DNA of 64,000 nucleotides from the human T2T-CHM13v2.0 reference genome, Homo sapiens. The notes below the pieces were generated by a model. That model worked only from the letters and a program-made list of their open reading frames with translations, did no database searches and was not told the origin of the DNA. The position numbers were made by a program, and so were the translations under genes. Numbering within the stretch: the stretch's first letter is position 1; each line of letters begins with the position of its first letter. Where the stretch lies: NCBI RefSeq assembly GCF_009914755.1, contig NC_060931.1. The stretch is one strand, 5' to 3'. This document shows positions 52,701 to 64,000 of this stretch, piece by piece.

Positions 52701-54561
52701 CATTAAAGGGACACAGTCTGCAGGAGGGATTGAGGCTCTTGTGGATGGATTCAGTAAAGTGTTGAGACTGGGTCACACACTTAGACCCAACATACAGGAG
52801 GTGGCGCCTCTCATACCTGGAACTGGGACATGTGCAGGATTCTTAATTTCATGCCTGGACCTTCCTACGGCTGCAATTGTGACATACACCTCCGCCTAGC
52901 ACTTGAGCAATTTTACTTTCCTTCTTGGGCTCAGCTGACAGACTGAATGGTTATATATTGCTGCACCCAGCACTTAGTCGATGTGAATTTATTCTTTTGC
53001 CTTAGGTTTGCCTACAGGGAGAATTTTGACATATGACTGTTCTTCACACTTAGGTTATATGACTCTCCTCCCTATGCCTTGCCCATGGGGGCCACTGTGG
53101 GCCCCTGTGGGGGATTTAATCCCCCAGCCTGTGCTCTGCCTATAGAAGGCATTGTGACATATCTTCCACCCGTGGCCCAGGTGATGAGACTCTCTTTATT
53201 TGCCTGGTTTTTCTGTTTACAAGTGGAATTGTAACATATCACTGAACATAGCGCTTCACTGATGTGACTCCTCTTCTTCCTACGTTCTGCCTACAGAGGA
53301 CATTGTGACATATCATTGGGCCCAACACCAAAGTGACATTACTCATTTGTCTCGGCCTTGACCTCAGAAAGCACTGTGACATATTGCTGGACCCAGTACC
53401 AAGGTGATGTGAGCCTTCTCCCTGGATGCTGTTCACAGGAGTTATTGTGACACATACCTAAGGACCCATTGTCTATTTGATGTGGCTTTCCTCTATTACC
53501 TGAACTCTGCCCATAAGAAAGATTGTGATATACCTCTGGGTCCAGCACTGAGATGTTGGCACTCTTCTCCTTGCCTGTGCCATGCCTACAGAAATGAAAG
53601 TGACTTATCACTGTGTCCAGCGAACACATGATGTGACTCTTCTGCCTGGCCTATGCCCACAGGAATTATTGTGACATACCTCTAGGCTCATCACCTAAAT
53701 AATATGACTCTCCTCTTTTTTCTTAAATCTGTCCACAGTGGGGATTATCACACATTGCTTTGCCCAGCAGCTATGTGATGTGACTCTTCTCTTATGCATG
53801 AGCCCTGCCCTCTGGGCCAGTGATGACATAGAGCTGGGCATAATCTTTAGGTTATGTAACTGTTCTTTCTCAGCCCTATCCAAAAGGAGTATTGTGACAT
53901 ATCTCTGAGCTCTTCACCAAGGTAATGTGACTCTCCTGCCCAAGCTGCTTCCTCATAAGGTATTGTGACATATTGCTGGATCCAGCAATAGGTGATATAA
54001 ACCTACTCATCTACTTGGGTCTGCCTAAGAAAGAATTGTGATGTATTTCTGGGCCCAGCACCTAGGTGATGTGATTCTCGCCTCCTGCCTGTGCCCTGAA
54101 TACATTATGTGTTGTGATATATGGCTGGGCCCAGCACTTAAGTGATGTGACATTCCTCTTTAGCCTTGGCCTTGCATATTTTGAGTATTTGTGACATATC
54201 ATTGGGCCCAACACTGAAGAGATAGAAAGATATTGCCTGTGCCCTTACCACAGGGGACCTTGTGACATATCTCTCCATCTATTACCTAGGAGATATGGCT
54301 CTGGTCTTTAGCCTGCACCCTGCCCACAGAGAAAATTGTGACATATTGCTGGGCCCAGCAACTGAGCGATGTTACTCTCTTGCTTGGTTCTTGCCCAAAG
54401 GGAGCATTGTGAAATATTCCTGGCCTAACACCCAGCTGATGTGACCCTTCTGCATGCTCCCGATTCACAGGTAAGATTGTGAAATACACCTTGGCCCAGT
54501 TCACAGCTGCGATGATGACTCTGTTACCTTGAACCAGCCAGTTAAAGAGACACTGTGTCTT

Positions 54562-55970
54562 GTAACCAAAACAGCATGGTACTGGTAGAAAAACAGACAC
54601 ATAGGCCAATGAAACCAGAAGAGAAAACTCAGAAATAAGACTGCACATTACAATCATCTGATCTTTGACAAACCTAAAAAAACAAGCAATGAGGAAAGGA
54701 TTACTTATTTAATAAATGGTTCTGGGAGAACTGGCTAGCCATAAGCATATAATTGAAACTGGACCCCTTCTTTACACCTTATACAGAAATTAACTCAAGA
54801 TACATTAAAGACTTAAATGTAAAACCCAAAACTATAAAAATCCTAGGAGAAAATCCAGGCAATACCATTCAGGACATAGACATGGGCATGGGCAAAGATT
54901 TTATGAAAAAAACATCAAAAGCAACTTCAACAAAAGCAAACATTGACAAATGGGATCTAATTAAACTAAAGAGCTTCTGCACAGAAAAAGGAACTATTGT
55001 CAGGGTGAACAGACAACCTACAGAATGGCAGAAGCCTTTTGTAATCTATCCATGTGACAAAGATCTAATATCCAGAATCTAGAAGAAACTTAAACAAAAA
55101 TTTTTAAAAAGAAACTCCATCAATAATTAGGCAAAGGACATGAACAGACACTTCTCAAACGAAGACATTTATGTGGCCAACAAACATTTTTAAAAAGCTT
55201 AACACCACTGATCATTAGAGAATTGCAAATCAAACCACAATGAGATACCATCTCATACCAGTCAGAATGGCAGTTATTAAAAAGTCAAGAAACAACAGAT
55301 GCTAGCAAGGCTGTGGATAAATGGGAATGTTTTTACACAGTGGGAATATAAATTAGTTCAATCATTGTGGAAGACACTTTGGCAATTTCTTAAAGACCTA
55401 GAACCAGAAATACCATTTGACCCCGCAATCCCATTACTGGGTATATACCCAAAGGAATATAAATTATTTTATTACAAAGATACATGCATGTGTATGTTCA
55501 CTGCAGCACTATTCACAATAGCAAAGACATGGAATCAATCCAAATGCCTATCAATGTTAGACTGGATAAAGAAAATGTACATATACACCATGGAATGCTA
55601 TGCAGCCATAAAAAGGAACAGGGTCATTTTCTTTGCAAAGACATAAATGGAGCTGGAAGCTGTTATCCCCAGCAAACTAATACAGGCACAGTAAACTAAA
55701 CACCACATGTTCTCATTTATAAGTGGATATGAGCAATGTGAACACATAGACACAAGTTGGGAAACAACACACACTAGAACCCGTCTGGCAAAGTGGGTAG
55801 AGGGAGAAAATCAGGAAAAATGGCTAATGGATGCTGGGCTTAATATCCAGGTTATGGGTTGATAAGTACAGCAAATCACCATGGCAACATTTACCTATGT
55901 AACAAACCTGCACACTCTGCACGTGTACCCAAGAACTTAGAAAATTATTAATTTTTTTTTAAAAAAGAGA
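54562..55970 (+). mobile_element. 5'-truncated older primate L1 (ORF2 C-terminus and 3'UTR) in a satellite block
   Basis: ORF2 fragments [18 protein letters not shown] and PFDPAIPLLGIYPK; 3'UTR 'tatgtaacaaacctgcac'; TSD agagacactgt. Confidence 0.92.
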
Positions 55971-58900
55971 GAGAGAGACACTGTATTTTATAGCTAGGCT
56001 TAGAAATATGTGTAAGATTCTGGGTCTCCTCTTTGTACGGAGCTCATAGAAAATCATCACTTTCTCACATATGGTGTAAAGCCCTCTGGTGGTACAGGGA
56101 GTGTCATTACAGGGCCCAGGACACAAGTGAGATATTGTTTCTCATATGGACACCCTTCCAACTGTTAGGAATGTCACTCTCACAGAGCCTCCTGTTGAGT
56201 TCCTAAATCTCACACGTGAACGCAGTTCAAAGTTGGAATTCTGACAGCCATATGTAAACATCTGGCCACAGTTTGGATGGTGACTCATTTATCAACCCAG
56301 CTTATAGGCAGGTAAAAACTCTCCTATCTGGACCCAGCCAATTAAGGAGATGTTGACTGTAATACCTGGGCTTAGGGCCACAGGTAGAATAATGTTTCCA
56401 TACCAGCACGAAGATTCTAGAGTAAATTGTGACTCTCATGCATACTGTATAAAGCTGTTGAGTGTCATAACAGGGAACAGCACATAGATGAGATTGTGAC
56501 ACTTATATTCATACCCAGCTGACAGAAAAATTGTCATTCTTCCACATAGACATAGCTCACTGTGGAGGCTCTGAATCTCACACCAGGAGGCAGGTAAAAG
56601 TTGGAAAATGAACTGTTACTTATATGTGGATCTGGTCTACAGGTAGGTTGGTGACTCTCAGACCAAGGTTCAGCACACCTATAAAGGCTGTGACTTCACT
56701 ACAGAGACACAGTCCATAGGAAGGATTGAGGCCCTCATGCAGAGATCCAGTTCACCATTGCGACTGTGGCTCATGCACACAGATTTAACATTCAGGAGAC
56801 AGTGCCTCCTATACCTAGAACTAGGGCATGTGCAAGATAGATTGTTCATCTTATCCCTGGAGCTTCCTGCAGGTATGATTGTGATGTATGCCTCTGCTCA
56901 GCATTTGAGTGACTTAATACTCTTGCCTGCCTCAACCAACAAATGGGGTTGTTATGGATTTTATGTGACTCTCTTGCCTGTGCCCTGCCCACATGGGCAA
57001 TTGTGATGTATTTCTGGGTTCAGAACCCAGGTGATATTACTCTCCTGCCTGGTTCCTGGCTACATAGGACATTGTGATATATCACTGCAGCCATCACCAA
57101 GGTGATGTGAGTCTCTCCTCCTGTCTGGTTTCCACTCACAGGGGTAATTGTGACCTATCACTGGGTCCAGCACTGAGGTGATTTTATTATTTGCATCTTA
57201 CTGGGTTCTGCCCACAGGGAAGACGGTGACATATCACTTTGCCCAGCACCAAGGTTACATTACTCTGCTGCACTGGCCCTGCTTTCAGAAGGCATTGTGA
57301 CATATTGCTGGGCCTTTCACTTAGATAAGACGACTTTTCTCTCCTGCCTTGGTGCTTCCCACAGAGGGAACTGTGACATATTACTGGGCCACACCACCAG
57401 CTTATGTGACTCTCTTGCCAGTGTTCTGCCCATGTGGGCCATTGTGACATTTGGCTGGGTCCAACACTTAGGTAATGTAACTCTCCTGCCTGGGTTCTAC
57501 CTAGAGAGAGCATTGTGACATCTCTGCATCCATCATGCAGGTTATGTGACTTCTTTTCTACCTGATCTCAGCTCCGAGGGGCATATTGTGCCATATTATT
57601 TGGTTCAGCAACTAGTTGAAATGATTCTTCTCTTCTTCATAATTTCTGCCCTCAAAAGAGATTGTGACATATTGCTGGGCCCATCACTAAAGTGACATTA
57701 CTCTTTTACTTTGCCCTCAGAAGGTATTGTGAAATAATGCTGGGCCAAGCACCAAGGTGATATGAGTCTTCTGTCTTGACCTTGGTCACATGAAGCATTG
57801 TGACATATCTCTGGGCCCATCTACTATTTGATGTGACTCTCCTTTTTTACCTGGTATTTGCCCATAGGAAAGATTATGGCATATCTCTAGGTCCAGCACC
57901 TAGGTGATGTGACTCTTCTCTCCTGCCTGGGCCATGCCCACTGAAGTGAGAGTGACTTTATCTCTAGGCCCAACACACAGATGATATGATACTTCTGTCT
58001 GGTCCCTGCTCACAGAGGTCATCATGACATACCTTGTATACCTTGGGGCTATCACCTTGATAATGTGACACTCCTCTTTTTCCTGGGACCTGTCCACAGT
58101 GGTTGTTGTGACATATTGCTTTGCCCAAGACCTGATTCCATAGTTTATGCTACTCTCTTCTACCCTAAACCTTACCCATGAAGAAAATTGGGACATATTT
58201 CTGGACCCCTCACTTAGGTATTGTGACTCCTGCCTGGGCCATCACCTCTGGTGGTATTGTGCCATATGGCTTGACCCAGCACCTCAGCGATGTAACCCTC
58301 CTATAATGCTAGAGCTCTTTCCAGGCAGAGTGTGATTTATTGCTAGTGAAGCACTCAGGTATGTACCTGTTCTCTCCTTCCTGGGACCCGCATTTGTTGG
58401 TTATCGTGACATACCACTAGGTCCAACACCCTGCTCGCAGGGGTATTATGTGTCTTTTCATTCATCACCTAGGTGATATGAAAACTCTGCCCTTGCTCTC
58501 CCAAAATTGGAGATTGTGACATATCATTGGACCCAGCACCTAGGTGATGTGACCCTGGTCTTTTGCCTCAGTTTAGTATATTTTATGTATTGTGACATAT
58601 TACTGGGCAAAACACCTAAAGGATGGGAGGCTCCTGCCTGAGTCCTGACCACAGGGGGTCTTGTGACACGTTTCTTCATCCATCAACTATGCGATGTGAC
58701 TATTAATCTCTGCCTTGGTTCTGCCAAAAAAAAAGAATTGTCATTAGACCCAGCAATTTGTAACGTGACTCTCCTCTCTTTTCTGGACCCTGGATACATT
58801 GTGTATGGTGACATTTGGATGGGTCAACACCGAAGTGATCTGACTCTTGAATGGCCTCTTCCCACAGAAGTATTATCGCATAAATTTTCTTTCATCACCT

Positions 58901-60635
58901 AGATTGAATTGTTAATCTAATCCCTTGATCTTGCTGAAAGTGTGATTGTGAAATATGCCTCTCCCCAGCACCTGAGTGATTTGACTCTCCTGCCTTGGCC
59001 CAGTCCACAGATAGCATTATGACATGTTGCTGAACCCGGCACCTAGGAGATGTGACTTTATTTTCCTGCCTTGGTACTGCCCACAGTGAGTATTGCGACA
59101 CATAGCTTGACCTTGCACCCAGGTGATGTGAGTCTCCCCTCCTTTCTTAGCATGGCCCACTGGCAGCATTGTGACATATTGCTGGCCCCCACACCCAGGT
59201 TGTGTGACTCTCCAGCCTGTGCCTTGCCCACATGGATCACTGGGACATATTGCTGGGTCTAACATCCAACACATGGGTCACTGGGGCCTATTGCTGGGTT
59301 CAACATAAAGGCAATTTAACTCTCCTGCCTGAGTCCCACCTACAGGGGACATTATGACATATCTCTATGCCAATCACCCAGGTGTTATGACTCTCTTCTC
59401 CTACCTTATCCCTGTTCACAGTGGGGATTGTGACATATCACTAGGCCTAGCACCTAGCTGATGTGACTCTTCTCTTTTTTCAAGGTTGTGTCCACAGGAG
59501 CGATTTTGATGTATTGCTGGGCCGAACACAAAGGTGATGTAAGTTTTCTGCCTTGGCCCTACCAAAAGAAAGCATTGGGACATATTGGTGGACCCAGAAC
59601 CAAGGTGCTGTGAGTCTCCTACCTGGATCCTGGCTGCAGGAAGCATTGTGCCATATCTCTGCACTCATCAACTATTTGGTGGAGTGCTCTTCTCTTGCTT
59701 GGGCTTATCCCATTGGAGATATTGTGATGTATCTCTGGGCCCATCGCCTAGATTACATGGCACTCGTTTTCTTCCTGGGACCTATCCACAGTGAAGATTG
59801 TGACATATCGGTAGACCCAGCACCTACATGATGTGACTTTCTTCTCATACTGGGGTCATGCCCACTGTGGTGATTGTGACATATAACTGGGCCCAAACCC
59901 TTGGTTTTGTGACTCTCCTTTTTTTCTGAGCCCTACACAAAGAAAAAATTAGAACACGTATATGGGCCCCTCCCTAGGTGATATGACTCTCTCCTCTCTT
60001 GCCTAGCCATGCCCACAGAAGTGAGAGTAACTTATGACCAGCACACAGGTGATGTGATTCTTCTGCCTGGTTCTTGCTGACAGGAGTCATTAAGACATGT
60101 CTCTGGGCCTATCAGCTAGATGATGTAACTCTCCTTTTCTTCATGAGACCTGTCCACAGCAGGAATTGTGACCTATTGCTGAGCCCAGTGCCTGTGTGAT
60201 GTAACACTCCTCTCATTCTCTGGCTCTTCCAACTAGAATGATTGTGACATGAAGCTGGGCCCAGACCCTAGGTTATGTGACTCTTCTTTTCTTACTGAGC
60301 CTTACACATGGAGAAAATTGCAACATATTATCGAGCCCCTCACCTAGGTGGCATGACTTTCATGACTAAGCCATTCACTCAGAGGGGTATTGTGACATAT
60401 TTTTGCACACACACTGATGTGATGTGACTCTCCTCCTTTGCTTAGGCCCTGTCCAAGGAGGTATTTTGATGTATCACTGGGCCCAGTACCCAGGTTATTT
60501 GACTCCCCTCTTCTGCCTGGGCCCTGAATACATTGTGCATTGTGATGTATGGCTGGGTCCAAAACATAGATGATGTGGCTCTCCTCAATGGACTTTGCCC
60601 ACAGAAGTATCAGAAGAGATTAAAAAAGAGATTAA

Positions 60636-61091
<456 letters not shown>

Positions 61092-62475
61092 TCACACCCA
61101 AAGGCAGGGAAGTGGGGAAATCGACTCTCATATGTAGATTTGGTTCACATTTGCGTTTGTGACTCTTAAATCAACATTTAGCAAACCTGTGAGGCCATCA
61201 CTCTACTAAGAAGACACAGTCCACAGGATGGATTGAGGCTCTCATGCTTTGGTCCAGTCCACCATTGAGACTGTGACTCATGTAGTTATACCCAACATGA
61301 CATTTCACTGTGCCGAGCACCTAGCTGATGTGACTCCTTTTATTTCTGGGTTCTGTCTCCAGAGAAGATTGTGAAATATTGCTAGGCCTTTCACCTAGAT
61401 GATGTTACTGTCTTACCTCGGCTCTTTCCTCAAGGAATATCGTGACATATTGCTGGACCTAGCATCTAGGTGATCTGACTCTTTTCTGTTGCTAGGGATC
61501 TGCCTAAAAAAAGGATTTAGTTGTATTGCTGGGCTTAACACCTAGGCAGTGTGACCCTCCCCTCCCACCTGAGTTCTTCATACATTGTGTATTGAGACAT
61601 AGGGTCAGGTCCAACACCTAGGTTATGCAACTCTCCTTGATGGGCTCTGCCCTTAGGGGTATCTTTTTATTCATTGCCTAAGTTATGTGACTCTCCTTTT
61701 CTGCCAGAGCTTTGCCAGAAGTGGGGATTGTGACATATAACTGGACCCAGCACCTCGGTAATATGACTGTTCTTGTTTTACTGGCCTGAGCATATTTTGG
61801 GTACTGTGATATATCTCTTAGCCCAACACCCAGGGGCTGGGAGGCTTCTGCTTGGGCCCTGTCCACAGGGGGCCTTTTGACATATTTCTGCATTTATCAC
61901 CTAGGAGATGTAACTCTTCATTCTGCCTGAACCCTGGCCACGAAAAAAAAAATCGTGACAGATTTTTTAGGCCAGTAACCAGGTGATGTGAATTTCCTCT
62001 CCTACCTAGGCACTGCCCATAGGGGGCACTGTGACATATCACTGGGCTCCACACCCAAGGTATGTGATTCTTCTGCCTGTTCCCTGCCCACATAAGGCAT
62101 TATAACATGTTATTTAGTCCAAAACCCAGGTAATGTAACTCTCCTGCTTAGACCCTGACTACAGGGGGCACTGTGACATATCTCTATGCACATCTCGCAG
62201 GTGATATGACACTCTCGTTTTGCCTGATCACTGCTCATGTGGGGGATTGTAAAATACCACTGGGCCAAGCACCAAAGTGACATTGCTCTTTTCTCTTTGG
62301 CTTGGCCTTGCCCTCAGAAGGCATTGTGACATATTGCTGGACCCAGCACCAACGTGATGTGAGTCTCTTTCCTGAACTCTGTCCACAGGGGACATTGTGA
62401 CATATCTCTGGGCCTGTCAACTACTTGATGTAACTCTCTACTCTTACCTGGGCATTGCCTGTAGAAGAGATTGTG

Positions 62476-64000
62476 ACAATTCCCTCCTGAAAGCAGAACA
62501 CGGGCAGCCGAGTTACATAACCTGGACGCATGGCCTAGTGATAGTTCCCAATCTTCCTTGTGGGCAGGGTGCAGGTAGGAAAGTCATATCTTCTAAGTGA
62601 TAGATGCAGATAAGTATCAAAAGGTCCCCACATAGGCAGGATCCATGCACAAGCCTCCCATCTCCCAGTGGTGGGGCCCAGCAATTTGTTACGATACCCA
62701 AAATATGTGAGGCCCAGGCAAAAGGAGAGAGTCACATCACCTAGGTGCTGTGTTCAGTGATATGTCACAATCCTTCTATTTGGCAGGGCTCTGGTGGAAT
62801 AAGAGAGTCACATCACCTAGGTAATAAAGAAAAAGATATTTTAAAGTACCCTGTGGGCAAAACCCAGGCAGGAGAGTCACATCATGTAGGTATTGGACTC
62901 AGCCATATGTCATAACACACAATGAATACAGGACCCAGGCAAAGGAGGAGTCATATTATTTAGGTGCTGAGCCCACAGGTATATATCAGAATCTCACTTT
63001 TTGGCAAAGCTCAGATGTGAAAAGAGCATCATATCCAATAGTTGAGGGGCCTAGAGATATGTCAAAATGCCCTGGGTGGGCAGGGACCATGTGGAGGATT
63101 AAGGTAAAAGAGGAAAGTTACATCAAAAGTTTATAGACTAAAAAATACGTTGCAGTGCTCTCTGTGGGCAGGGACCAGGCAGAAGAATTACATCACTTGT
63201 GTGCTGAGGTCAGCAATAAGTCACTTTTTTTTTTTTCTGAGGGGGTTTGTCCAGAAGGAGAGGACCCAGAGACAGAGATATGTCAGAATCTTTCAAAAGC
63301 AAAGTGCAAGTAAGAATAGAGAGTCACATCAAATAGTTGATAAGTTTGAGATATGTCACAATGTGTCTCCAGGCAAAAGAGCCACATGATTTTTGTGCTA
63401 GGCCCAGCAATAGGGCTGAATGCCTTTCCAGGTCAGGGCCAAAGCGAAACGGTAACATCCTGTTAGTGTTGGGTCCAGTGGTATGTCACAATTTTCCCTG
63501 AAGACAGAACCTAAAAACAATAGAAGAGCCACAATCCCCTCTGTTAGCATGAATCAGGAAGGGGAAGAGATTTATGTAACCTGGTTGATGGGTACACACA
63601 TATATCACAATGTCCTCTGTAAGAAGTTCCCAGGCAGGGAAGTTTCATTACCTAAGTGTCAGGAATCAGGAAGGAGAAGAGATTTATGTAACCTGGTTGA
63701 TAGGTACACAAATATGTCACAATGTTTCCCGTAAGCAGTGCCCAGGCAGGAGAGTTACATTACCTAAGTGTTAGACTCAGCAGTATGTCCCATTGGCCCA
63801 TGTGGGCAAGGCACAGGCAGAAGAGCCACAAATCCTTGACACAGGATGCAGCAATATATCATAATGCTCCCTGTATACAACACCAAGGCAGAAGAAAAGA
63901 CTCACATAACTTGGGTGCAAGACCCAGCAGTATGTCATAATTCTTCATGTGGGCAATGACAAGGCTTGAGAGTAGAGTCACACCACCAAGGTGCAGGGTC
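62476..64000 (-). repeat. The same satellite in inverted orientation
   Basis: Monomers now read 'gagtcacatcacctaggtgctg...atatgtcacaat'. Confidence 0.92.

Noticed and set aside
54753-55646. L1 ORF2 ORFs as an active element
   Set aside because: The copy is a 5'-truncated 1.4-kb fragment with stops and frameshifts.

Overview
Hominoid (most likely human) genomic DNA that looks like a ZNF91-subfamily KRAB-zinc-finger cluster (19p12/7q11-type; exact locus not assigned). It has no intact protein-coding gene. Bases ~1-18,000 hold a ZNF91-like promoter and exon 1 (ATG|GT donor) and an intron-1-like region packed with retroposed material: many Alus, a full-length SVA inside an Alu, a sense GCSH processed pseudogene, an old L1 and an antisense BNIP3 processed pseudogene. 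I found no KRAB or C2H2 exon, and the intron-like sequence appears to end at a rearranged Alu near 17.8-18.4 kb. From ~24.25 kb to the end lies a complex beta-satellite-like (BSR/Beta) array of ~70-bp monomers with recurring ~1-kb higher-order blocks. The array is interrupted by Alus, solo LTRs, an L1 3' end and an 8.2-kb two-LTR ERV1 provirus, and it flips orientation at ~62,475. Repeat-family names come from my recall of consensus sequences, not from a database search, and boundaries are approximate.
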